The position numbers and the translations under genes are program-made. Shown in pieces: positions 49,031 to 57,571 of a stretch of DNA of 64,000 nucleotides (positions are counted from its first letter, which is position 1; each line of letters begins with the position of its first letter). Below the pieces are notes generated by a model. The model searched no databases. It had not been told where the DNA came from and saw only the letters and a list, made by a program, of their open reading frames with translations. Source of the stretch: Polyangiales bacterium (GTDB taxonomy: Bacteria; Myxococcota_A; Polyangia; Polyangiales; Ga0077539). The DNA lies in NCBI GenBank assembly GCA_044229975.1, contig JBGARZ010000016.1, positions 32,001 through 96,000 on the forward strand, in the 5' to 3' direction.

Positions 49031-50065
49031 ATGCGGCACCATCGCCGCTCCTGGCTCGCCGCGTCGGCGCTGGGGTGCGCCCTGTCCATCGCGGGCGTGG
49101 CGTCAGCGCAGACGGAGTCGGAGATCGCGACGCGGCGGCTGTTTCTCGATCGCGCGCAGGCCGCGCGGGCGAGCGGTCAGCACGCCGAGGCGCTGGAGCT
49201 GTATCAGCGGGCGGGGCAGATCCAGATGACCCCGTCGGTGCGGGCCTTCATCGCGGAGGAGCAGCTGCGGACGGGGCGACTGGCCGAGGCGATGGGCTCG
49301 GCCGACCTGTGCCTGCGCGACCTCGGGGCGGCGTCGGCGGTGCGCGATCGGGCGGCCATCGAGTCGCACTGCCGCGGGCTGCGCGAGGATCTCCGGCAGC
49401 GGGTGGGCGAGCTGGTGGTGGAGGTCCCACGGCCCGTCCCGGCGGGGCTGCGGGTGACCATCGGCGGCAACGAGCTGTCGGCGGTGCTCTACGGCCTGGC
49501 CGCGGTGACGACACCCGGAACGGTCGACGTCGTGGCCTCGGTGGGCGGCGTCGAGCGATGGCGTCGATCGGTGACGGTCGCGGCGCGGGAGACGGCCACC
49601 GTGCGCGTCGAGCTGCCGGTGGAAGAGGCGCCGACGCCGGTGGTGGTGGTGGCTCCGGTGCAGCCGCCGGTGGAGGTGGCGCGACCGGCCGTGAGGCGCC
49701 CCGCGGTGGTGGTCGATCGCGGTCGCACACGACGCACGGTGGGCTGGGCGCTCGTCGGCGGCGCGGGCGCGGGGCTGATCGCGGGGACGGTCGCGCTGGT
49801 GGTGCAGCGGGTGCGCGCGGGTGAGTTCAACGAGCGCTACACCGCGAGCCAGTGCGCCACGAGCAACGCCTGCCAGAGCGAGCAGGCGGCGGCCGACGCG
49901 GCCTCGACGGCGTCGTGGGTGGGCTACGCCGCGGGCGCGGCGATGGGGGCGGCGGGGGTGGTGCTGCTGCTGACGGCGCCGAGGGCGCACACGGTGACGA
50001 CGGGGCTGCGCGCTTGCGGGCCGGGGCCCGGGACGGCGGGCGTGTCGTGCGGGTTCGTGTTCTGA
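49031..50065 (+). CDS. Secreted TPR + PEGA-like protein with hydrophobic C-terminal segments
   Basis: Signal peptide ending ASA-Q, TPR-like helices (AEALELYQRA), beta-sandwich (VGELVVEV...GLRVTIGG...PGTVDVVAS), two Gly-rich hydrophobic helices, terminal GVSCGFVF. Confidence 0.75.
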   Translation: MRHHRRSWLAASALGCALSIAGVASAQTESEIATRRLFLDRAQAARASGQHAEALELYQRAGQIQMTPSVRAFIAEEQLRTGRLAEAMGSADLCLRDLGAASAVRDRAAIESHCRGLREDLRQRVGELVVEVPRPVPAGLRVTIGGNELSAVLYGLAAVTTPGTVDVVASVGGVERWRRSVTVAARETATVRVELPVEEAPTPVVVVAPVQPPVEVARPAVRRPAVVVDRGRTRRTVGWALVGGAGAGLIAGTVALVVQRVRAGEFNERYTASQCATSNACQSEQAAADAASTASWVGYAAGAAMGAAGVVLLLTAPRAHTVTTGLRACGPGPGTAGVSCGFVF

Positions 50066-50122
50066 GCGGGTGGCGTCGTGGTTGCAGTGAGGCCGGCGCG
50101 GACGCTCGTGGAGAAACCTGTG

Positions 50123-50614
50123 ATGACGGTATCGGCTCGCCTCGCCCTCGTGATGTTCCTGCTCTCGTCGGCGTCGTGCGCGACGCTCACCTTCGCCCAG
50201 GAGGACGCGGCAGCGGACGCGGCGGCAGAGGCGGGAGCCGACGTGGGCTGCACCGCCGACACCAACACCGATCCCATGAACTGCGGCGCGTGCGGTCGGG
50301 TCTGCGCGACGCCGCGCGGCACGACGCGAAACACCTGCGAGATGGGGGTCTGCGTCCCGGTGTGCGCGTCGCAGTTCGGTAGCTGTGATGGCAACCCGAC
50401 CAACGGGTGCGAGGCCGAGCTCAACACGGAAGACCACTGCGGGGCGTGCGAGACGGTCTGCCTGTCGTCCCAGGTCTGCCGCCCGCCGCCGCCGCCCGAC
50501 ACCGCCGGGGCGTTGCGCTGCGTGATGTGCGGCCGTCGCGGCATCGCGTGTTGCCAGGCCCCCAACCAGTGCGAGGCGGGCCTCCGGTGCGACGGGATGA
50601 ACTGCGTGATGTGA
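50123..50614 (+). CDS. Small Cys-rich lipoprotein (Stig1-like repeats)
   Basis: Signal with SASC, TDPMNCGACGRVC, CDGNPTNGCE, HCGAC, terminal CC motif. Confidence 0.75.
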   Translation: MTVSARLALVMFLLSSASCATLTFAQEDAAADAAAEAGADVGCTADTNTDPMNCGACGRVCATPRGTTRNTCEMGVCVPVCASQFGSCDGNPTNGCEAELNTEDHCGACETVCLSSQVCRPPPPPDTAGALRCVMCGRRGIACCQAPNQCEAGLRCDGMNCVM

Positions 50615-50649
50615 AACCGCGTTGCGCGATTGCGCAGCGGCGTTGCACT

Positions 50650-52035
50650 TCAGGGACGCTTGCGGGGGCGGCCGATGCCGTACTCCTCGATGCGGTAGAG
50701 CAGCGTGCGGCGCGAGACGCCCAGCAGCTCGGCGGCGCGCGTCTGGTTGCCGTCGCACTGCGTGAGCGCGTCGAGGATGCGCTGGCGGTCGGTGGCCTTC
50801 CACTCCATCAAGCCGCGCTCGCGCGGGTCCATCGCGGCGGCAGCATTTGTCAGTGACGCGCCCGGTGGCGGCGTGACCACCGCGGTGGGCGTTCGGGCGC
50901 TCGCAAGCACCTTCGGGGGCAGGTGCTCTGGGAGAATCACGCTCCCCTCGGCGATCACCAGCGCGCGCTCCAGGGCGTGGCGCAGCTCGCGCACGTTGCC
51001 CGGCCACGAGTACGCCTCCATCACGGCGAGGGCGGCGGGCGAGAGCGTCGGCGGGTGCGCGCGGTCCATCTGTCGGCTCGCCGCGGCGAGGAGCTGCGGA
51101 GCGAGCGCGCCGATGTCCCCGCGCCGCTCGCGCAGCGGCGGGACCGTGAGCGAGATGCCGTTGAGACGGAAGTAGAGGTCTTCGCGGAAGGTTCCCTTCT
51201 TCGACGACTCTTCGAGGTCGCGGTTGGTGGCCGCGACGAAGCGCACGTCCACGGTGCGCGGCGAGCGACCGCCCACGCGCATCACCTCGCGCTGCTCCAG
51301 CACGCGCAGCAGCTTCACCTGCGTCGAGAGAGGCAGCTCGCCCGCCTCGTCGAGGAAGAGCGTTCCACCTTCGGCGGCCTCGATGAGCCCGGCCTTCGCG
51401 GCCGTCGCCCCGGTGAACGATCCCTTCTCGTGACCGAAGAGCTCTCCTTCGAGGAGGTTCTCCGAGAGCGCCGCGCAGTTGAGCGCGAGGAAGGGCCCCT
51501 TCGCCCGCGGTGACGCTCGATGGATGGCCCGCGCGAGCACGTCCTTGCCGACGCCCGTCTCGCCCAGGATGAGCACCGGCAGCATCGCCTGCGCCGCCCG
51601 ACCCGCCTGCGCGTAGAGGGCCTTCATGCTCGGGTCGTGGACGACCGCCGAGTCGATGGTCGACGCTGGGCCCGCCGAGGGCGCGCGCCTCACCACGGCC
51701 ACCACGCCGCCGATGACGATGGCGTCGCCGACGGCCACAGGCGCTCGCCGGCCGCGGACGTTGCGCAGGGCCGCCGTCGCGTGAGGATCGCCGCCGGGCG
51801 GTGCCGCGCCGCGAAGGAGGGTCCCGTTGGCGGCGCCGAGGTCTTCGATCTCCATGGGCGGTCCGACGTGCAGCGCGGCGTGCTTGCGCGAGACCGCGGA
51901 GTCCTCGACGCGAACGTCGTTGTCGTCGGCGCGGCCGATGGTGAGAACGGCTCCCGCCGCGAGGTTGTACACGGCGACGGTCTCGCCCTGGACCACCGCG
52001 AGCTGGAGCGCGCCTTCGTCGTGGGGTGTCGTCAC
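50650..52035 (-). CDS. FHA-domain sigma54-dependent activator (FHA-AAA+-HTH)
   Basis: FHA IGRA...VSRKHA...[22 protein letters not shown] loop; [25 protein letters not shown]; Fis-type HTH. Confidence 0.95.
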   Translation of the reverse strand: MTTPHDEGALQLAVVQGETVAVYNLAAGAVLTIGRADDNDVRVEDSAVSRKHAALHVGPPMEIEDLGAANGTLLRGAAPPGGDPHATAALRNVRGRRAPVAVGDAIVIGGVVAVVRRAPSAGPASTIDSAVVHDPSMKALYAQAGRAAQAMLPVLILGETGVGKDVLARAIHRASPRAKGPFLALNCAALSENLLEGELFGHEKGSFTGATAAKAGLIEAAEGGTLFLDEAGELPLSTQVKLLRVLEQREVMRVGGRSPRTVDVRFVAATNRDLEESSKKGTFREDLYFRLNGISLTVPPLRERRGDIGALAPQLLAAASRQMDRAHPPTLSPAALAVMEAYSWPGNVRELRHALERALVIAEGSVILPEHLPPKVLASARTPTAVVTPPPGASLTNAAAAMDPRERGLMEWKATDRQRILDALTQCDGNQTRAAELLGVSRRTLLYRIEEYGIGRPRKRP

Positions 52036-52066
52036 GGCCGGGGACTCTATCGCAGCTCTGCCGCTT

Positions 52067-52912
52067 TCAGAGCAGCGTCCACGGGGCGCTGTACATCGTG
52101 TTGGGCAGGTGGGCGGGCACGTCGAGCCGCAGCCCGTAGGCCGTCCGCACCTGCGTCGGGTTGTCGCGCATGAGGTACAGGATCACCGTCGCCGTCGCCC
52201 CGTCGGGGCCGCGCAGCAGGCTGTGCACCTCGTACCAGCCGCCGAGTCCGCACATGGCGTCGGGGCAGTCGACCCAGGAGAAGGGGGTGAGGTTCCAGTC
52301 GATGCCGCCGAGGGAGATGCGGCCGATGCCCTGCGCGTCGAGGGTGATGCCGGGGCCGTCGAGGGTGGCCATGCGAACCGGCTCGAAGCCCTCGGGCAAG
52401 CCCACGAAGGGCCGCAGTCGCGCGGTGACCGCGTGGCTCTCGGCGGTGAGCGCGCAGGGGTGCTGCGTGGCGTCAGGAACGAACGAGAGCGCCTTGGTGA
52501 GTCCCTCGACGTAGACGCCCGCCGTCTGTCCGTTGCGGCAGTAGAGGAAGGCGACCTGGAGGTCGTTGGCGTCGGTCGTGTAGAGGTGGATGAGCTGGTA
52601 GCCCGCGGACGACCAGTCGACGGTTTGCGCCGCGAGGGTGGGCCGCGCGTCACCGCCCACGGTCACGGTGCCAATGTTGTCGGTGAGGTCGGCGCGCTCG
52701 TAGCCGCTGACGGGCTCGGACAGGCCGGTGTAACGGAAGGGCAGCGCGAGCTCGCCGGTCCACTCGGGCGAGGGCGCGTCGGCGGCGACCACGTCGCTCG
52801 CATCGGGCGCGTCGGTGACCTGCGCATCGGCGACGGGGACATCGATCGGGGCGATGTCGTCCGAGCAGGCGACGACGAGCACGGCGGCGAGGAGACCGAG
52901 GGGCGCTCTCAC
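52067..52912 (-). CDS. Uncharacterised lipoprotein
   Basis: Lipobox VVAC, Asp-rich linker, beta-rich domain with four Cys. GTG overlaps the upstream stop. Confidence 0.75.
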   Translation of the reverse strand: MRAPLGLLAAVLVVACSDDIAPIDVPVADAQVTDAPDASDVVAADAPSPEWTGELALPFRYTGLSEPVSGYERADLTDNIGTVTVGGDARPTLAAQTVDWSSAGYQLIHLYTTDANDLQVAFLYCRNGQTAGVYVEGLTKALSFVPDATQHPCALTAESHAVTARLRPFVGLPEGFEPVRMATLDGPGITLDAQGIGRISLGGIDWNLTPFSWVDCPDAMCGLGGWYEVHSLLRGPDGATATVILYLMRDNPTQVRTAYGLRLDVPAHLPNTMYSAPWTLL

Positions 52913-53103
52913 GGCGACGTTCTCGATGGCGCAGCGTCGGGTGCTGTCGCGACGGGCGGCGCATAGACGACCTCGATGGGGCCGGGCGGTCCCGCGGATC
53001 GCGGCGGTGGCTGCAAGCGAGCGGGAGGAGGCGGCGTCGGTGCGGCGCGCTGGCTGCCGCAACCCAGGAGCAGGAGCGTGACCAGGGCTATGGCGGCGCG
53101 CAT
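52909..53103 (-). CDS. Small Pro-rich lipoprotein (64 aa)
   Basis: MRAAIALVTLLLLGC; fills the gap between two genes with 4-nt spacing on one side and a GTGA overlap on the other. Confidence 0.65.
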   Translation of the reverse strand: MRAAIALVTLLLLGCGSQRAAPTPPPPARLQPPPRSAGPPGPIEVVYAPPVATAPDAAPSRTSP

Positions 53104-53107
53104 GTCG

Positions 53108-54709
53108 CTACTCGGACTTCTTCTTCTTGCCAAACAGGTCGTGCGTCAGCAGCGCCTTCACCGACGCGACCGACACCGGCTGCCGCAGCTTGTCCACCAG
53201 CGACCCGTCCGCCCGCGCCGGAACCAGATTCCGCGGCAGCGCGTCGAAGGGAAACAGCGGCCGGTCGAAGAGCGGCGCCACGCCCGCGACGATCGCCTTC
53301 TGCCGGTCGCTGCTCGACAGCGTCAGGAGGTTCTTCAGCCCGCGAAACACCTTCTCCTGCGACGGCGACGGGCGGTCGCCCTGGTGCGACGCGAGCGCGG
53401 CGTCGAGCAGCAGCGCGAGGTGCGACAGGCTCTGCGTGAAGCGCGGGTCGTTCGGCGGCGCGCTGAGCAGCTCGTCCTGCAACACGCCCCAGAGCGCGAG
53501 GGCGATGGCCTCGCCGCGCATGGCGTCGGCCGTGGGCAGCGCAGCCAGGAGCGACGCGGCGGCGGAGTCCGGCGACTCGGCGCGGATGCGCTGGACGATC
53601 CCCGTGATCTGGAGCGACGGGTTGGAGCGCAGCAGGTCGGGGTTGGTTCGCCCCGGCGCGTAGGGGACCTCCGGGCGCGACGGGGTGACGCTCGCGACGG
53701 CGTCGAAGACGGGCAGCACCGTGATGCGGGCGTCGTCCACGAGGCCCAGCGACTCCAGCTCCTTCATCGCCTCGGAGAGCGTCGCGCGGACGACGGCCAT
53801 GCTCTGCGGGCGGCGCTTCGGGTCCTTCTCCAGCATCGATGCGACGAGCTCACCGAGGCGCGCGTCGGCCAGCTCGGGGCGGTGCGCGGCGATGGGGTCG
53901 GCGGCCATGGTGAGCTGCTGCGTGATGAGCGCGAGCTCGGACTCGCCCAGGAACGGTCGCCGCCCCGCGAGGCACTCGTAGAAGATCACCCCGAGCGCGT
54001 ACACGTCCGACGCGGGGGTCACCTCGCCGTAGCGGCGGTCGATCTGCTCGGGGCTCATGTACGCGGGCGTCCCGACGACGGTGCCCGCGCGGGTGATGCT
54101 GCCGCCGTCGTGCTGCTCGGCGTCGCGCAGGTGGGCGATGCCGAAGTCCAGCACCTTCACCCGACCCTCGCGGCCCGCTTCGGTGAGCACCATCACGTTC
54201 TCGGGCTTCAGGTCACGATGAACGATCCCCATCCGGTGCGCGGCGTCCATCGCGTCGCACACCTGCGAGGCCACGCGCGCGAAGCCGTCGAGCGGCAGCG
54301 CCCCTTCGCGCCGCAGCACCTGGTGGAGCGCGGTGCCCTCCAGAAACTCCATCACGAGGTAGATGCCCATCTCCTCGTGCACCCCGAAGTCCGTCACCAG
54401 CACGGTGTTTTCGTGGCGCAGCCGACTGCACGCCACGGCCTCGCGGCGAAAGCGCTCGGCCACCATCTCGTCGTCCGAGAACTGCGGGTGCAGCACCTTC
54501 ACCGCGTACGGCGTCCCGAGCGAGACGTGCTCCGCGCGGTACACCGATCCCATGCCGCCGGAGCCCAGCTTCTCCGTCAGCCGGAGGTTGCCCACGACGC
54601 GCCCCAGGTTGGCGTCCACCTTGGCGGGCTTGAAAGTCGCACCACAACGCCCGCATCGGCTGGCGGTGCTCACGACGGGGTTCGCACACTTGGGGCACGC
54701 GGCTCTCAT
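53108..54709 (-). CDS. Soluble Hanks-type Ser/Thr kinase with N-terminal zinc ribbon
   Basis: CPKC...CGRC, LGSGGMGSVY, YAVK, HRDLKPEN, DFG, GTPAYMSPEQ; helical C-terminal domain, no TM. Confidence 0.92.
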   Translation of the reverse strand: MRAACPKCANPVVSTASRCGRCGATFKPAKVDANLGRVVGNLRLTEKLGSGGMGSVYRAEHVSLGTPYAVKVLHPQFSDDEMVAERFRREAVACSRLRHENTVLVTDFGVHEEMGIYLVMEFLEGTALHQVLRREGALPLDGFARVASQVCDAMDAAHRMGIVHRDLKPENVMVLTEAGREGRVKVLDFGIAHLRDAEQHDGGSITRAGTVVGTPAYMSPEQIDRRYGEVTPASDVYALGVIFYECLAGRRPFLGESELALITQQLTMAADPIAAHRPELADARLGELVASMLEKDPKRRPQSMAVVRATLSEAMKELESLGLVDDARITVLPVFDAVASVTPSRPEVPYAPGRTNPDLLRSNPSLQITGIVQRIRAESPDSAAASLLAALPTADAMRGEAIALALWGVLQDELLSAPPNDPRFTQSLSHLALLLDAALASHQGDRPSPSQEKVFRGLKNLLTLSSSDRQKAIVAGVAPLFDRPLFPFDALPRNLVPARADGSLVDKLRQPVSVASVKALLTHDLFGKKKKSE

Positions 54710-54793
54710 GCTGCGATCGTAGATGACAACGCGGGCGCGACGCGAGCCCCGCAATGGCGGGTGTCCATCGCCGCCGTGTTACAAGCGCGGACC

Positions 54794-55792
54794 GTGCTGC
54801 ACGGTCGCCACCGAAGCCTCTTCCCTGCGCTCGTCGCCGTAGTCCTCGCCGCCTGCGCGATGGGGAAGGACGAGCCCTCCGATGCATCGAGCCCGGTCGA
54901 CAAGGACGCCGCAGTGCTCGACGACGTCCCGTCCACCGACTCGCCGACCACGCCTCCGGTCGATGTGCCTGCGCTGACGGACGTTCCGATTCGGGTCGAT
55001 GTTTCCGCGGCGGTCGATGTCGCGGTCGTCGTGGATGTCCCGGCTCCCGTAGACGTTCGCGCGGTCGACGTCCCGACCGTGCGCGATGTCCCCGTTCCGA
55101 TCGATGTCCCTGTCCCGATGGATGTTCCGACCGTGCGCGATGTCCCGGTCGTGGACGTCGCTCGCGTCGACGCGGGTACTCCCGACGTGGGCTTTCCCGA
55201 TGCGGGCTTTCCCGACGTCGGTACTCCCGATGCGGGCTTTCCTGATGTCGGTACTCCCGATGCGGGCGCTCGCGTCTGTCCCACCGCGCTCGCGCTCGGG
55301 CTCTTCGACACCGGCACCGACGGCTGGACCTTCGACAGCCTCTGGCGCCAGGGATCGGGCGGCATGGTCGCCGGCTCCACCACCCGGTTTTCGTCGACCT
55401 ACACGCAGAACCTCACCAGCGGCACCGACACTGACCTCTCCGGTTGCACCTCGGCGCTCCTCACGTTCTCGGTGCGTCTCGACGATGACCCGGCGTACGA
55501 CTCGTCGCTCGACAAGTCCGAGCGCCTCTCGCCACAGTGCTCGGGCGACGGTGGCTCCGTGTGGACCAACCTGACGCCGAACCCCTGGCCCGCGCGACAG
55601 GCGCAGTGTGCGACCACCTACTGCTCCGGCGGATACAACTCCACGCGCGCCTTCGCGATCACGGCGCAGTCCATCACGCTCCCGCCGTCGTGCCTCACGG
55701 CGCGGGTCCGCGTCCGCTTCCAGGCCCGCGGCGCTAGCGTCTGGCGCCTCCAGAACCCCGGCTGGACCATCGACTCCGTCCGCATCAACTGA
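54794..55792 (+). CDS. Lipoprotein with DVP/PDAG repeat stalk and C-terminal beta-sandwich domain
   Basis: Lipobox LAAC, many VDVP/PDAG units, then FDTGTDGW...DLSGC...SGDGGSVW...RVRF...GWTIDSVRIN. Start uncertain. Confidence 0.75.
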   Translation: MLHGRHRSLFPALVAVVLAACAMGKDEPSDASSPVDKDAAVLDDVPSTDSPTTPPVDVPALTDVPIRVDVSAAVDVAVVVDVPAPVDVRAVDVPTVRDVPVPIDVPVPMDVPTVRDVPVVDVARVDAGTPDVGFPDAGFPDVGTPDAGFPDVGTPDAGARVCPTALALGLFDTGTDGWTFDSLWRQGSGGMVAGSTTRFSSTYTQNLTSGTDTDLSGCTSALLTFSVRLDDDPAYDSSLDKSERLSPQCSGDGGSVWTNLTPNPWPARQAQCATTYCSGGYNSTRAFAITAQSITLPPSCLTARVRVRFQARGASVWRLQNPGWTIDSVRIN

Positions 55793-55798
55793 CCTGCC

Positions 55799-57487
55799 GT
55801 GCGACCTCCCTATCACCTCGCTGCGATCGCGCTCACCGCGTGTGCCTCGCCCGCCACACCGGTCGCCCCCGATGCGTCGCCCACCGCCGCGGTCGATGTG
55901 CCGATGGCTCCGCGCGGCCCGGTGCTGCGCCAGGTCGGGGCCGACACGGAGATCCTCAACGACGCCTCGGGGATGCCCCATGCGTCGCAGTTCGTCGCGC
56001 CCGACGGCATCCCCAACACCCTCTTCGTCGCCAACGCCTACGGCGGCTTCCTGCGCTACACGCGCGGCGCCGCGGGCCTCTCGCTCGTCGTCCGCAGCGA
56101 GCCGCGCATGCCGCCGATGCCGCTCATCTACTGCAACCAGCTCGCGGTCCACGCGGCGAGCGCCACCGTGTACTGCACGGGTCTCCTGAGCTCGACCATC
56201 TCGCTCCTCGACGCCGCGACCGGGGTCGTCCGCGCCTCGCTGCCCGACGGCGACGACGTCCGTCATCGCGGCGTCGCGGTGCACGGCGATGCGCTCTACC
56301 TCGCCTCCGTCGAGCGCGGCCTCTGGCGCCGCCCCATCCGCACCGACGGAACCCTCGGCGACCCCACCCGCCTCCTCGAAGGAACCTTCCTCCACGTCGT
56401 CGATCTGCCCACCGCCGTCGCCGCCGTCGAGCGCAACGGCACGGTGCATCTCCTCCCCGACGACGGCAGCGCGAGCGCCCGCGTCGACCTCGTCGGCCCG
56501 CCGCTCGGCGTGCGCGTCCATGGCGACGAGCTGTGGGTCGCGCTCGGCTCGCAGGGTGTCGCCGTCGTCGACCTCACGACCCGCGCCGTCCGCCGCTTCC
56601 CGCTCGACTGCGTGGCCAGCGCCGTCGATGCCACCGCCGACGCCGTGGTGGTCGGCTGCCGCCAGGGACTGCGCCTCTACGCGCGCCCCGCGGCCAACGC
56701 CAACGCCCTCGGCGCGCTGCTCTCCAACACCCGCGTGGACTTCGCGCTCACGGGCGTGCTCGCGCTCGCCGAGGGCCTCTACGCGCTCGACTGGCACACG
56801 CTGCGCCGCTACGAGGTCACCGCCGAAGCGTCTGCGCCAGTGGGTGTTCCGGAGGCGCCGCTGGGCTTCACGCTGCCGGCCGGTCGGTCGGTGCGCTTCG
56901 AGGTGCACAACCCCTTCGCGACCTCCCAGAGCGCCGACTCCATGACGCTCGCGCCGGGGCAGCGCGCGTGGTTCACGGCCGCGCCCAGCACCGCGGGCTT
57001 CGTGCGCGTGATGCTGAGCGGAGGGCGCTCCATCGAGGTCGGCGCAGCGGTCGCGGACGCGGAGACGGTGGCGCCGGGCGGCGTCCTCGGGCTGCCGTAC
57101 CCCAACGCGTGGGTCTACATCCTCCAGCCCGACTGCGCGCTGCAATGGCCCGACGTGGAAGACCTGCTCTGGACCCGCGCGCACGGCGGCCTCGGCGACG
57201 GTCGCTCCATCGAGGTCGTGATGCTGCCCAACGGTTCGATCAACCCGCCCTCCCGCTACCGCGCGCTCTGGTCACCGCTGCCGTTGCCGATGCTCTCCGA
57301 GCTGCTGCCGCTGCCCGACCTGCCGGGGCGCGACCTGCCGACGGTGATCCGCCGCTTCAACCTCATGCACCTCATCGGCGGCCCCGAGAGCACGCTCTTC
57401 GCCGCCACCGACGCCAACCGCCGCGTGGTCACCATGGACACGCAGTACCGCGGCGCCTTCGGCCTGCGCGTCGAAGCGCTGCCCTGA
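55799..57487 (+). CDS. Beta-propeller lipoprotein with possible C-terminal thioredoxin-like domain
   Basis: Lipobox LTAC; blades such as GVAVHGDALYLAS and GVRVHGDELWVALGSQGVAVVD. Confidence 0.7.
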   Translation: MRPPYHLAAIALTACASPATPVAPDASPTAAVDVPMAPRGPVLRQVGADTEILNDASGMPHASQFVAPDGIPNTLFVANAYGGFLRYTRGAAGLSLVVRSEPRMPPMPLIYCNQLAVHAASATVYCTGLLSSTISLLDAATGVVRASLPDGDDVRHRGVAVHGDALYLASVERGLWRRPIRTDGTLGDPTRLLEGTFLHVVDLPTAVAAVERNGTVHLLPDDGSASARVDLVGPPLGVRVHGDELWVALGSQGVAVVDLTTRAVRRFPLDCVASAVDATADAVVVGCRQGLRLYARPAANANALGALLSNTRVDFALTGVLALAEGLYALDWHTLRRYEVTAEASAPVGVPEAPLGFTLPAGRSVRFEVHNPFATSQSADSMTLAPGQRAWFTAAPSTAGFVRVMLSGGRSIEVGAAVADAETVAPGGVLGLPYPNAWVYILQPDCALQWPDVEDLLWTRAHGGLGDGRSIEVVMLPNGSINPPSRYRALWSPLPLPMLSELLPLPDLPGRDLPTVIRRFNLMHLIGGPESTLFAATDANRRVVTMDTQYRGAFGLRVEALP

Positions 57488-57504
57488 GGACCACGCGCAC
57501 GGAG

Positions 57505-57535
57505 GCACCGCCCCGGCGGTTGGCCGGGGCGATGC
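57505..57535. terminator. Hairpin between convergent genes
   Basis: CGCCCCGGC-N5-GCCGGGGCG stem. Confidence 0.45.
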
Positions 57536-57571
57536 TGCGAGGAGTTTGGAGGAGGAAGGGAAGGGGAGCGG

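Noticed and set aside
50615..50649. TGCGC-N4-GCGCA palindrome as an enhancer for the FHA activator
   Set aside because: It lies between two convergent stop codons with no nearby sigma54 promoter; a terminator-type hairpin is more likely.
51415..51432. GSFTGA instead of GAFTGA as evidence of an inactive activator
   Set aside because: GSFTGA is a common functional variant and the other AAA+ motifs are intact.
52976..54793. N-terminal ~600 aa of the 938-aa ORF
   Set aside because: Antisense to the zinc-ribbon kinase; the real lipoprotein starts near 54794.
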